Origin: an uncultured Verrucomicrobiae bacterium
GTDB lineage: Bacteria; Verrucomicrobiota; Verrucomicrobiia; Chthoniobacterales; Chthoniobacteraceae
Length of the DNA: 64,000 bases
Direction: 5' to 3'
NCBI GenBank assembly: GCA_963769025.1
Contig: CAVYKI010000009.1
Location: 672,001 to 736,000 of the forward strand
In this document: one piece after another, positions 33,201 through 42,732 of the stretch
How positions within the stretch are numbered: position 1 is the first letter of the stretch
Layout: the number at the start of each line of letters is the position of its first letter
The notes under the pieces: generated by a model
Databases searched by the model: none
Told to the model about the DNA's origin: nothing
Seen by the model: the letters and a program-made list of their open reading frames with translations, nothing else
Translations under genes and position numbers: made by a program

Positions 33201-34283
33201 GCGATTTTCCTGCTGCGCGGGGACCGGTCCATCAACTGCAACGCCCGCAGCCTGGAGGTATTCGGCTGCACATCACGCGACGAAATCCTGGGAAAGACGC
33301 CGCAGGACTTCTCGCCGCCATTCCAGCCGGACGGGCGGGACTCGCGCGAGGGCGCACTCGAAAAAATCACCGCGGCCCTGGCCGGTCAGCCGCAATTCTT
33401 CGAATGGATGCTCGCCCACCTCGACGGCACGCCATTCGCAGCCGAAGTGAGCCTGAACAAGGTGGTCCTCCGCGACGAAGTCCTCCTGCAAGCGATCGTC
33501 CGCGACATCAGCGGACGCAAACGCGCGGAGGAGGAAATCCGCGCGCTCAACGCCGACCTGGAGCGACGGGTGGAGGAGCGCACGGGCGAACTTCAGGCCG
33601 CCAACAGGGAACTGGAGGCGTTCAGCTATTCCGTTTCGCACGACCTCCGCGCGCCCCTGCGGGCGATGGACGGCTTCTCACGTATCGTCGCAAAGGAATA
33701 CGCGGACCGGCTCGATGAAAAAGGCCGCGAGATGCTCGGCATGATCCGCGGCGGGGCAAAGCAGATGGGCCGGCTCATCAGCGACCTGCTCGCCTTTTCC
33801 AGGATCGGCCGCCAGACGCTGGAGCCGGAGGAAATCGACATGCACGCGATGGCGCAGCGGGTCTTCGACGAACTGGCCGCGCTCGATCCGGACCGGAGGC
33901 TTCACCTTTTGCTCCACCCGCTCCCACCGGCCCACGGCACCAAGGCGATGGTCCGGCAGGTGTGGGCAAACCTGATCAGCAACGCCATCAAGTTCACCAG
34001 CGGGCGCGACGTGGCGGAGATCGAAATCGGCGCGAAGGTGGGCGCGGACGGCGCACAGATCTACTTCGTGAAGGACAACGGCGCAGGCTTTGAAATGGAA
34101 CAGTCGGACAGGCTCTTCGGAGTCTTCCAGCGGCTGCATACCGTGGAGGAATTCGACGGCACCGGCGTCGGCCTCGCACTCGTCCAGCGGATCGTTCAGC
34201 GCCACGGAGGCTGGGCGTGGGCGGAGGGAGCGGTCGATCGAGGCGCCACGTTCTCCTTTACGCTCCAGATTCCGAAAAAATAG
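30261..34283 (+). CDS. Membrane sensor histidine kinase MASE1-LOV-PAS-PAS-PAS-GAF-PAS-HisKA-HATPase
   Basis: MASE1 (LWLPTGIAVA, WWAGDTMG); LOV GQSCRILQG...NYRKDGTPFWN...GVQRD; GAF (GSCGTA, LRACWSTP); H-box SYSVSHDLRAPL; NLISNAIKFT, DNGAGF, GTGVGLA. Confidence 0.92.
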   Translation: MSHRPLQILARVLLLALLYFVTGRLGLMLPAYGSHITLLWLPTGIAVAALMRCDFRCWPGVTLGALAVNCATGLTWPSVLGIAVGNTAGAVLAAWILRRTGFHIAFDRKRDILFLAGAAAVGMLVTAGIGVEMLALSGALPGNRMAARLIWWAGDTMGVISAAPLLLAMNRQEWRSIRFRRGEFAVWISVASLTVFGVFISSAGRHGQVWSLAFLTLPLVAWTALRFGAIGTSLAVILLSIGAASGTVSGRGPLYRADPTEAAVLLWLFMATTATLGWLITALHAARVKATGMQHVLEEALSDVSLGVLLGDLDRNITYTNMGFTRLTGYTAEDMQGQSCRILQGPGTDPAVAEKLRAALHDGGYFDGEILNYRKDGTPFWNALLISPIHDERGEKTGFLGVQRDFTKRREAGTALRESEDRFRRLIDNAPEAVVLMDAADGRFIQANATAERLFRLSAAELCQRGPLEMSPPTQPDGRSSREQGREYIARALAGETPVFEWLHRDAEGNDIPCEVRLLRFEIGGRAVVRGSITDITARRKAEAALTASMEFSNSLIRSMQDGVVVLDVNGVHLDVNPAFCKMTGLDRGELIGVGAPHPYWPPEEFDRIQTAFGETMNGNFADCELTFMRKNGERFPVIVSPSALRDGDGKVVNYLATVKDVTERIRREESLRIANQKVKLHFEHTPMAVIEWDIDFRVTRWNPSAQTIFGFSEEEAMGQHGSFIVPEKFRPHVDEVWQALLKKSGGERSSNENIRKDGAQILCEWYNTPIVDAQGIVAGVASLVMDITDRKHAQRLLAWEKNAMELISGPASLHDVLAGLMYGLEKQAPGALCSILLLDADGIHLRHGAAPSLPEEYNRAIDGAAIGPAVGSCGTAVYYNRQVIVSDIATDPLWADYKELALGHGLRACWSTPLRGTMGKILGTFAIYYREPREPLTSELELIARATNIIRIAIERKRAEDELLESEEKFRTLFESSSDAIFLLRGDRSINCNARSLEVFGCTSRDEILGKTPQDFSPPFQPDGRDSREGALEKITAALAGQPQFFEWMLAHLDGTPFAAEVSLNKVVLRDEVLLQAIVRDISGRKRAEEEIRALNADLERRVEERTGELQAANRELEAFSYSVSHDLRAPLRAMDGFSRIVAKEYADRLDEKGREMLGMIRGGAKQMGRLISDLLAFSRIGRQTLEPEEIDMHAMAQRVFDELAALDPDRRLHLLLHPLPPAHGTKAMVRQVWANLISNAIKFTSGRDVAEIEIGAKVGADGAQIYFVKDNGAGFEMEQSDRLFGVFQRLHTVEEFDGTGVGLALVQRIVQRHGGWAWAEGAVDRGATFSFTLQIPKK

Positions 34284-34397
34284 GGCGTCGTTCCGGGAAA
34301 CACGGCGTGGATTGCGCCGCCGTTCACGGATGGAACACGGACGTGTCCCGCAAAGGGGTGTTTTAGCGGAGGAAGCGTACCCGTCTGAACGGGGCTG

Positions 34398-35165
34398 CTA
34401 CCGCTTGGCGGGCTTGAGCGGATCGTTCGCGCCGGCGGGAGTCGCGGCGCCGAGCTGAGCGATCTCCACGCGGCGCTTTTCAGCCTTCGCGGCGGCTGCA
34501 TCCGCCTGCCGGACCTTTTGCGAAGCCGCATCCATCGCCTCTCGTGCGTTGAAGCCCGCATTGATGGTGGCCTGCTCGGCCTTGTACAATTGCCGTCGCA
34601 AATCAGTCGTCGTCGGTCCCTGCTGTTTCGTGCGGCTTGCCTTCGGGCCGGAGGCCGCTGGCTCGGCAGTCGATATTCCAGCCAATGCGCGCATTTCCGC
34701 CGACACCAATGCCGTCCTCAGTTCGATTTCCTCGACGCGTTTTGCCGATGCCTCGCGGCTTTTCGCATGCGCAGTGCCCAGCAACCTGAGCCCCTCCGCC
34801 TTCAGCTTCTCTGCGGTGATTTGCAGATCGAGAAGTTCCAAATCCCGCGTGAGGCGCTTCCGGTTGGCATCCAGTTTGCCGAGTTCGCCCGTCGACTCGG
34901 TCGTCGCGCCGCCGACTTTGCCGATGCTCTTTTCCAGTTCTTCGATTTCGCTTTTTCCCTTTTTCAGATCCTCCGCCAGGCGATCCGCCACCGTCTGCTT
35001 CGCCGCCAGCTTTCGTTCAAACTCCCCCTTCTTCGCCTCTTCGACGAGCGCCTGCGCATTGGCCCGCGCGCCAGTCTGGCAAATCGCCTTTTGCGGCAAC
35101 GCAAACGCGATCAGCGACGCAATGGAGCACGTGACAAGACGGAAGGAATGATGGGGTTTCTTCAT
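34398..35165 (-). CDS. Hypothetical exported coiled-coil protein
   Basis: Signal-peptide-like N-terminus and long A/E/K/L-rich helical sequence. Confidence 0.6.
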   Translation of the reverse strand: MKKPHHSFRLVTCSIASLIAFALPQKAICQTGARANAQALVEEAKKGEFERKLAAKQTVADRLAEDLKKGKSEIEELEKSIGKVGGATTESTGELGKLDANRKRLTRDLELLDLQITAEKLKAEGLRLLGTAHAKSREASAKRVEEIELRTALVSAEMRALAGISTAEPAASGPKASRTKQQGPTTTDLRRQLYKAEQATINAGFNAREAMDAASQKVRQADAAAAKAEKRRVEIAQLGAATPAGANDPLKPAKR

Positions 35166-35264
35166 GCCGCGCTTCTACACGCGGGACGGCGGACTTCACA
35201 AGGAATTTGCCGCTCCTTCGGCCCGCGCGGAGCAGTGCGGCGAAGGCGAAGCGTCAAACCCCGG

Positions 35265-36041
35265 TCACGCTGTCGGCAACTCACGCGCCGGTTCGAATTC
35301 GTCCTTCAATCCGAAGCCGCTCAGGCTGCGATTCCGTGACTCGCCGAGCAGCCAGCGGAGCTTGGCGGCGGCCTGCGCGGCGCTCAGGCCGTGCGTGCTG
35401 ATGTTCGAGACGCAGTTGCGCTGCGCGTCGGTATTGCCGCGTCGCGGGGAATGCACGAGATAGGCGCCGAGGCTGTCGGGCGAGACAAGGCCCGGACGCT
35501 CGCCTAGCAGGATGAGCGCGATCTTGGCGCCGAGCAGTTCGCCGATGTGATCCTGCAGCGCCACGCGCCCGCGCCGCGCCATGCACACGGGAGCCAGGCA
35601 CCAGCCGTCGGCACGAAGCAGCGGAAGCAGTTCGTGAAGGACGGCGGCGGCGTGCGTCTCGACCGCCAGCGTCGAGAGTCCTTCGCTGATGATGATTGCG
35701 AGGTCGCACCCGGGATTCGCAATTGGCTTCAGCCTTTCCGCGGATTCCGGCGCAAGCTGCCGCCCGAGATCCGGACGGAGGAGAAATTCATCCAAATCTC
35801 CCGCCGCGCTCTGCAGACGAAAAACGGGAGCGCCCGACGCCGCTTCCAGCGCCTGAACGAGGTGCTCTTCATCCAGCGGACGCAACAGCGCGTCGCGCGC
35901 ACGGGCGTGGGCGAGCCGGAAATCGAGCAGCGCGCCGGTGGGCAGGCTGCCACCCGCGCGACCGAGCGCGACGCGCGCAGGAGTCCAGCGCCGCAGCATC
36001 TGCCACGCGGAGCGCTCTGTGTTTGCGGGCTCCTCTCTCAT
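35265..36041 (-). CDS. eutC: Ethanolamine ammonia-lyase light chain
   Basis: TPARVALGRAG; DFRLAHARARDA; LLRPDLGR; GERPGL..PDSLGAY; DAQRNCVSNI. Confidence 0.95.
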   Translation of the reverse strand: MREEPANTERSAWQMLRRWTPARVALGRAGGSLPTGALLDFRLAHARARDALLRPLDEEHLVQALEAASGAPVFRLQSAAGDLDEFLLRPDLGRQLAPESAERLKPIANPGCDLAIIISEGLSTLAVETHAAAVLHELLPLLRADGWCLAPVCMARRGRVALQDHIGELLGAKIALILLGERPGLVSPDSLGAYLVHSPRRGNTDAQRNCVSNISTHGLSAAQAAAKLRWLLGESRNRSLSGFGLKDEFEPARELPTA

Positions 36042-37405
36042 GACGAAGAATCCAGCAGGCGGTGAGGCAGCGGGCTCGCCTTTGCGGTGTCCGCGAGCAA
36101 CCGGCGGTCCGGCCCCGTGATGGCGTGACTTTCCAGCCACGCCTCATACTCCGGCGCCGGCCGCAGCCCGAGCACCTGGCGGAGATATTGTGCATCGTGG
36201 AACGACGTGGACTGGTAGCTGAGCATCACGTCATCCGCGCCCGGCACGCCCATGATGTAATTCACCCCGGCCACGCCGAGCATCGTGAGCAGCGCATCCA
36301 TGTCGTCCTGATCCGCTGCGGCGTGGTTCGTGTAACACACATCGCAACCCATCGGCAGGCCGAGCAGCTTGCCGCAAAAGTGATCCTCCAGCCCCGCGCG
36401 CAGAATCTGTTTCCCGTCCGCCAGATATTCAGGCCCGATGAATCCCACGACGGTATTTACCAGCAGTGGCGAAAATGCGCGCGCCACCGCGTAGGCCCGC
36501 GCCTCCAGCGTCTGCTGATCCACGCCGTGATGCGCGTCCGCCGAGAGGCACGAACCCTGCCCCGTTTCGAAATACATCACATTCTCCCCCACCGTCCCGC
36601 GCTTCAGCGAAAGCGCCGCCGCGCGCGCCTCGCCGAGCAGCTTCAGGCTCACGCCAAAGCTCGCATTCGCCGCCTCCGTGCCGGCGATGGATTGGAAGAC
36701 GAGGTCCACCGGCACGCCGCTTTCGATCGCGCGCAGCTGCGTCGTCACATGCGCGAGCACGCACGCCTGCGTCGGGATGGCGTAGGTCTCGATCATTTCA
36801 GCGAGCAGCTTCGTGAGGTGCTCGAATGACGCGACATTGTCCGAAGCCGGGTTGATGCCGATGACCGCGTCGCCGCAGCCCATCAGCAATCCATCGAGGA
36901 TGCTCGCCGCGATGCCCGACGGATCGTCCGTCGGATGATTCGGCTGCAACCGCACCGACAGCCGTCCCGGCAGGCCGAGCGTGTTGCGGAAGCGCGTGAC
37001 CACGGAGCATTTCTTCGCCACGAGCACCAGATCCTGGTTGCTCATCAGCTTGCTCGTGGCGGCGACCATTTCCGGCGTCAGCCCCGGCGCCAGCGCGCGC
37101 AATGCCTCCGTGCCGGCTTCATATTCAAGCAGCCATTCGCGGAACCCGCCGACGCTCAATCCGCGCACGGGGGCGAACGCCTCCGCGTCATGCGTGTCGA
37201 GGATCAGCCGCGTGACCTCGTCGCTTTCGTAGGGAATGAGCGGCTCCTCGAGAAAGCGAGTCAGCGGCACATCCGCCAGTTCCTGCTGCGCCCGGATGCG
37301 TTCCTCCTGCGTCCCGGCCGCAATTCCCGCCAGCACATCCCCCGACCGCAACGGAGATGCCCGAGCCAGCAATGTCTTAAGGCCGGTGCCCATGTCGGCA
37401 AGCAT
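36038..37405 (-). CDS. eutB: Ethanolamine ammonia-lyase heavy chain
   Basis: ASPLRSGD; RLQPNHPTDD; GDAVIGINPA; MYFETGQGS; NTVVGFIGPEYL; MGCDVCYTNH. Confidence 0.96.
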   Translation of the reverse strand: MLADMGTGLKTLLARASPLRSGDVLAGIAAGTQEERIRAQQELADVPLTRFLEEPLIPYESDEVTRLILDTHDAEAFAPVRGLSVGGFREWLLEYEAGTEALRALAPGLTPEMVAATSKLMSNQDLVLVAKKCSVVTRFRNTLGLPGRLSVRLQPNHPTDDPSGIAASILDGLLMGCGDAVIGINPASDNVASFEHLTKLLAEMIETYAIPTQACVLAHVTTQLRAIESGVPVDLVFQSIAGTEAANASFGVSLKLLGEARAAALSLKRGTVGENVMYFETGQGSCLSADAHHGVDQQTLEARAYAVARAFSPLLVNTVVGFIGPEYLADGKQILRAGLEDHFCGKLLGLPMGCDVCYTNHAAADQDDMDALLTMLGVAGVNYIMGVPGADDVMLSYQSTSFHDAQYLRQVLGLRPAPEYEAWLESHAITGPDRRLLADTAKASPLPHRLLDSSS

Positions 37406-37594
37406 CCGCCATCACGCACGGCAGCCAAGCAGAAACACTCCGCGTGCCGGCAGCGTCGCACTTTGGGAAATGGAGATGACGGACGCAATGCTCGCGGGTT
37501 GGTGGGATTCGTCCTGAGGTGCCCTCGCGCTTACTGGTGGAAGAGAACGGCGAATCTCCGCTACGATGCCGCACGACATGATGAGACGCGCGGC

Positions 37595-38866
37595 ATGAAC
37601 GTTCCCGAATCACCCCCGGAGCAGGATTCGACTCCGCCCATGGCGGGGTCGGACCATCCGTACGCGGTGCTGCGCAACCGCAATTTCCTCCTCTACCTTG
37701 TCGGGCGATTCGTCGCCTCCATCGGCCAGCAGATGCTCACGGTCGCGGTCGGCTGGGAGCTTTATGAGCGCACGCATTCGGCACTGAATCTCGGCCTCGT
37801 CGGGCTCACGAACATGGTGCCGATGTTTCTGTTCACGCTACCGGCCGGCCACCTCGCGGACACGCTGAACCGCAAGCGGATCATCCTGGCGATGCTCGCG
37901 CTGTCGGCCGCGGCGAGCGTCGGGCTGGCCGTGGCCTCGGCGCTGCATGCACCGGTGGTGTGGACGTATGCGGCGCTGTTTCTTGCAGCCACGGCGCGGA
38001 CATTCATGTGGCCCGCGAGCGCGGCGTTCCTCCCGCAGCTCGTGACTCGAAATGACTTCGCGCGCGCGGTGACCTGGTCCACAGGGAGCTTCCAGCTTTC
38101 CTGCGTCGCCGGGCCCGCGGCGGGCGGCGCGATCATCGCGATGACGGGCTACGCCGCGCCGGTGTACGTGCTGAATGCGGTCGCAGTGCTGGTCTGCCTG
38201 ACGCTCATGGGCATGGTGCATTACCACCGCACCGTCGCGCCCCGCGGTCGGATGACACTTGCGAGCCTCGCGATGGGATTCCGGTTCGTGTTCTCGACGA
38301 GAATCATCCTCGGCATCATCACGCTCGACATGTTCGCGGTGCTGCTCGGCGGCGCCACGACGCTCCTGCCGGTGTTTGCAAAAGACATCCTTCACGTGGG
38401 GCCGCACGGCCTGGGGATCCTGCAGTCCGCCCTGCCAATCGGCTCGCTCTGCTGCGCGCTCGTGGTGGCGCACCGGCCTCCGTTTGCAAAGGCCGGGCGG
38501 GCCCTGCTCGCGGCGGTGGTGGTCTTCGGGTTGGCGACGATCGGCTTCGGCTTGTCCACGTCGTTCGCGTTCTCCTTTGTCATGCTCCTGCTCTGCGGCG
38601 CTGCGGATAACGTCAGCGTGATCATCCGCCACACCATCGTGCAACTGCTCACACCCGACGACAAACGCGGCCGCGTCTCCGCCGTGAACAGCCTCTTCAT
38701 CGGCACATCGAACGAACTTGGCGGCTTCGAGTCCGGCGTGGTCGCGCACTGGCTGGGTCCAGTGCTCTCGGTCGTGACTGGCGGCGTGGGGACGATCCTC
38801 GTCGTGCTCGCCGTCGCGCTCATCTGGCCGGAGGTGCGCCGCCACGGACGCCTCGTGGCGGAGTGA
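37595..38866 (+). CDS. MFS transporter (DHA3/EntS-like)
   Basis: About 12 hydrophobic segments; GHLADTLNRKR motif A; LDMFAVLLGG; RGRVSAVN; SNELGGFESG. Confidence 0.88.
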   Translation: MNVPESPPEQDSTPPMAGSDHPYAVLRNRNFLLYLVGRFVASIGQQMLTVAVGWELYERTHSALNLGLVGLTNMVPMFLFTLPAGHLADTLNRKRIILAMLALSAAASVGLAVASALHAPVVWTYAALFLAATARTFMWPASAAFLPQLVTRNDFARAVTWSTGSFQLSCVAGPAAGGAIIAMTGYAAPVYVLNAVAVLVCLTLMGMVHYHRTVAPRGRMTLASLAMGFRFVFSTRIILGIITLDMFAVLLGGATTLLPVFAKDILHVGPHGLGILQSALPIGSLCCALVVAHRPPFAKAGRALLAAVVVFGLATIGFGLSTSFAFSFVMLLLCGAADNVSVIIRHTIVQLLTPDDKRGRVSAVNSLFIGTSNELGGFESGVVAHWLGPVLSVVTGGVGTILVVLAVALIWPEVRRHGRLVAE

Positions 38867-38993
38867 GTCGCGGCGGAGCGAGGAGGCATCCGCGGCACGG
38901 CGTCGCTTCATGCGGCCCGCGCGGCTCCGGGAATGGCGATTGCTATTTGACGGAGTGGCTCACGCGGGTTACCTGCGCGCGTCCGCCAGTATC

Positions 38994-39500
38994 TTGAATC
39001 GCACCGTCTATCCTCTTCTGACCGTTGCCATGTTCGCCATGGCGGCCTGCGCCTCGGCTGAAGAGTCCCTGTTCAACAAGGCGAAAGCGAAACCCCTCAC
39101 GAAGGAACAGCGTTCGCTCTTCGGTCCGAAGTCCGGATCCATTTCATACGACCCGAGGATGATCCGCGCCGCGGAAATCGCGAAGCGGCGGGCACAGGTG
39201 AAGACGACGTGGCACTGCTGGAAATACGTGAAGGACGCGCTGCTCGCCGCGAATGTCGTGAGCAGCCGCCCGACGACCGCGTGGGCCAAGCAGGCGGGCG
39301 ACGAACTCTGCCGCAAATACGGTTTCACGAAGCTCAAGATCACCAACCCCTACAAGGCGCCCATCGGGGCAGTCGTGGTGTATGGCGGACCGGACGCCGG
39401 GCATGTGGAGATCCGGACGAAGGACGGTTTCGTCAGCGATTTTGTCTCCCGCACCGCGTATCCGCGCCCGCTCGTGGGGGTGTTCGTGAAGGCGTCGTAG
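38994..39500 (+). CDS. Small exported protein, putative CHAP/NlpC-P60-like cysteine amidase
   Basis: TTG start gives a signal peptide (..LLTVAMFAMAACASA); HCWKYVKDAL, PIGAVVVY, AGHVEI, FVSDF. Confidence 0.6.
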   Translation: MNRTVYPLLTVAMFAMAACASAEESLFNKAKAKPLTKEQRSLFGPKSGSISYDPRMIRAAEIAKRRAQVKTTWHCWKYVKDALLAANVVSSRPTTAWAKQAGDELCRKYGFTKLKITNPYKAPIGAVVVYGGPDAGHVEIRTKDGFVSDFVSRTAYPRPLVGVFVKAS

Positions 39501-39548
39501 CGACCCGTCCGCGCCGCGGGATCGGGCGGAACGAGATCCCAATTTTAC

Positions 39549-39830
39549 CCGCAGTTCCGGCGCATACGGCGACCACCAGCCCCACGCGATCACGCGCCCA
39601 TGGCGCACCACCATGAAGCTGTGCAGTTCGCTCTTCGTCTGCGCGATTCCGCCGAGGAATGCGAGAATGGCCGATGACGCCACGCCCTCTGCCTCGGGTG
39701 TGCTGCGCGCGAGCCCTGCTCCGCCGATCGCCAATGTTTCACCAACGCTCCAAGGCACCAGCGAGCCGACGCCTGCGCCGATGCCCGCGATGCCGAACTG
39801 CCTGAGGAAACTGCGACGGGTGGAATTCAT
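39549..39830 (-). pseudogene. 5' fragment of a Tat-exported beta-lactamase-family serine hydrolase
   Basis: TRRSFL Tat leader; RSTPEAEGV; ELHSFMVVRHGRVIA.GWWSPY; similarity ends before the SxxK motif. Confidence 0.7.
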
Positions 39831-39984
39831 GCAGCCGGTGTCGGTGATGCGAAAAGCGAAGAAAAGCGCGCGCTGGACCCCCGGCCCGAGGCGAGTCGAG
39901 GCCTCGCTGACCGCGCGTTTGCGCAGCCGAACGGCATGGACTCCCGCATCCTCGGTCGGTGCGCGTTGCTCGCACTTGCGGACG

Positions 39985-39999
39985 CGGCACGAAACCTGC
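39985..39999 (+). promoter_or_regulatory. Possible sigma54 -24/-12 promoter
   Basis: cGGCACGaaacctGC has GG-N10-GC spacing, 13 nt before the ATG at 40013. Confidence 0.3.
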
Positions 40000-40012
40000 C
40001 CCTCATCAGCGC

Positions 40013-40162
40013 ATGAATCGACCCCTCGCCAATTTCGTCGGCTGGACGGCCTCGCTCCTGTTCATCGTAACCGCAACCGTCCTGTGGACGATCGCCGCGC
40101 TGCTCGTCTGGTCGAGCGGCAACCGGACTGCGACATGCACAGTGCCGCGGTTCGCGAGGTAG
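40013..40162 (+). CDS. Possible small single-pass membrane protein (49 aa)
   Basis: MNRPLANFVGWTASLLFIVTATVLWTIAALLVWSS... hydrophobic stretch. Confidence 0.35.
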   Translation: MNRPLANFVGWTASLLFIVTATVLWTIAALLVWSSGNRTATCTVPRFAR

Positions 40163-40300
40163 GGCGCCCGGCTGGCGTTTGCTTCGAAGGCGCGACCGCG
40201 GACCGATCCCTTGCCTTTGCGAGGTTCTCCGGTATATGCCGCTGCGTGACGGATGCGCTGACGCGCCATCGCATGACGCCGTCAACCCCCACCCCACCTC

Positions 40301-40681
40301 ATGAAATACTTCGTCACCGACCATAACGACGAAGTTCAAGGGCCCCACACCTTGGACGAAATTAGAAAGCTCCTCGCTTCCGGCGGCGTCGAAACAAGCT
40401 CGTTGCTCTGCGAGGAAGGCTCAGAGACGTGGCAACCGCTCGATTCCATCCTGACGCCCGCCCCGGAACCGATTCCTCCACCGGAACCTGTCACGCCTGC
40501 ACCAATCGCCTCGGCGACTGCGGCGCCTGTCGCGTCATCACGGCCGCCCTCCGCACCACCATCACGGGAAACGGCGGTGCGTGCTTCAAAGAGCCCGGTG
40601 AACGTCGGCATCGTTGTCGGCATCGTTGTCGCATTGGCGCTGCTTTTTTTCGCAGCCTATTTTTTCGGACGGAAGCTCTAG
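40301..40681 (+). CDS. GYF_2/DUF4339-like domain protein with Pro-rich linker and C-terminal TM helix
   Basis: MKYFV...QGPHTLDEIRKLL..G.V....LLCEEGSETWQPL; C-terminal VGIVVGIVVALALLFFAAYFF. Confidence 0.7.
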   Translation: MKYFVTDHNDEVQGPHTLDEIRKLLASGGVETSSLLCEEGSETWQPLDSILTPAPEPIPPPEPVTPAPIASATAAPVASSRPPSAPPSRETAVRASKSPVNVGIVVGIVVALALLFFAAYFFGRKL

Positions 40682-40837
40682 CATCGTACCCAGCCGCCGG
40701 CTCGCATCTGACCGGCTCCGACGTTCCCGCGCTCTGCGGAATGTGCTCGGAAAGGAATTTTTTGCGTCCTCTTGCCCTGAATGGGGATTCCGCTTGTCAG
40801 CCCGGGCCAGTTCCCCTTTTTGTCCGCCCGCACATCC

Positions 40838-42682
40838 ATGGCATCCAACTACACCGAAGCCAGCATCAAGACCCTCAGCTCGCTGGAGCACATCCGACTC
40901 CGGCCGGGCATGTATATCGGCCGACTCGGCAACGGCACGCATGCGGAGGACGGCATCTACGTGCTGCTCAAGGAGACGATCGATAACTCCATCGACGAAT
41001 TCATGATGGGCCAGGGGCGGAAGATCGAAGTCGAGATCACCGACCGCAGCGTGAAGGTGCGCGATTACGGCCGCGGCATCCCGCTCGGCAAGCTCGTGGA
41101 CTGCGTTTCGATCATCAACACGGGCGCGAAATACGACAGCGAGACCTTCCAAAAAGCCGTCGGGCTCAATGGCGTCGGCCAGAAGGCGGTGAACGCGCTC
41201 TCGCTCGAACTACCGCGCGCAGGCGATCCGCGAGGGCGAGACGAAGGTCGTCGAGTTTGAGAAAGGGAAGCTGAAGGCGCAGTCACGCGTGACGAAGACC
41301 GACGAGCGCAACGGCACGCTCGTCGAGTTCACGCCGGACGAGGCGCTCTTCGGCAAGGACTTCAAATTCCGCACCGAGTTCATCGAGGACATGCTGTGGA
41401 ACTACGCGTTCCTGAATCGCGGCCTCACGCTCACGCTCAATGGCAAGCCGTTCCGTTCGCAGCACGGGCTGAAGGATCTGCTCACGAAGGAACTCAGCGG
41501 CGAGCCGCTTTATCCCGATCATCCATCTCGAGGGCGACGACATCGAAATCGCGGTCACGCACGGCAATCACTACGGCGAGGAATACTGGTCCTTCGTCAA
41601 CGGCCAGCACACCACGATGGGCGGCACGCATCTCGCCGCATTCCGCGAGGCGTTCGTCGCGACGATCCGCAATCATTTCAAAAAGGACTTCGACGCCGCG
41701 GATGTGCGCCAGTCGATCGATGCCGCGATCGTCGTGCGCGTGCAGGAGCCGGTCTTCGAGTCGCAGACGAAGACCAAGCTCGGCTCCACCGAGATCGGGC
41801 CGAAGGGGCCGACGATCAAGGAATTCGTCGGCAAATTCGTGCAGCAGGCGCTCGACACCTACCTGCACAAGAACCGCGAGACCGCCGAAATCATCCGCAA
41901 GAAGATCGAGGAGAACGAGCACGAGCGGAAGGAACTCGCCGGCATCCGCAACATCGCCAAGGAGCGCGCCAAGAAAGCCTCGCTGCACAACAAGAAGCTC
42001 CGCGACTGCCGCCTGCACCTCGGCGACAAAAATCCGCGCGCCGAGGAGAGCACGCTCTTCATCGTCGAGGGCGACTCCGCCGCCGGCTCGCTCACCGCCA
42101 CGCGCGACGTGCAGACGCAGGCCGTCTTCGCGCTGAAAGGCAAACCGCTCAACACCTACGGCCTCACGAAAAAGGTCATCTACGAGAACGAGGAGTTTCA
42201 CCTTCTCCAGTCCGCGCTCAACATCGAGGACGGCCTCGACGGCCTGCGCTACAACAAGATCGTCATCGCCACCGATGCCGACGTGGACGGCATGCACATC
42301 CGCCTGCTGCTGCTCTCGTTCTTCCTGCAATTCTTCCCCGACGTCATCCGCAACAACCACCTCTTCATCCTGCAAACGCCGCTCTTCCGCGTGCGCAACA
42401 AGAAGGTCACGACGCTATTGCTACAGCGAGCAGGAGAAGCAGGCGGCCATCGCCGCGCTCGGCGCGAGCCACGAGATCACGCGCTTCAAAGGCCTCGGCG
42501 AAATCTCCGCCGGCGAGTTCAAGGACTTCATCGGCGAGAACATCCGCCTCGACCCGATCAACCTCCACCACCTCTACAGCACCGACGAACTGCTCTCCTT
42601 CTTCATGGGCAAGAACACGCCCGAGCGGCAGGAATTCATCATCGACAATCTGCGCGTGGAGAAAGATCTGATCGAGGCGTGA
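40838..42682 (+). CDS. parE: DNA topoisomerase IV subunit B; three +1 frameshifts (~41204, ~41515, ~42412)
   Basis: [79 protein letters not shown]. Confidence 0.9.
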
Positions 42683-42732
42683 TCGGCTCGCTTCCCGTTT
42701 TCTCCATCCCTCTCATTTCAGTCATTCCCTAG

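Noticed and set aside
37405..37595. Cobalamin riboswitch upstream of eutB
   Set aside because: No convincing B12-box or conserved riboswitch core is visible.
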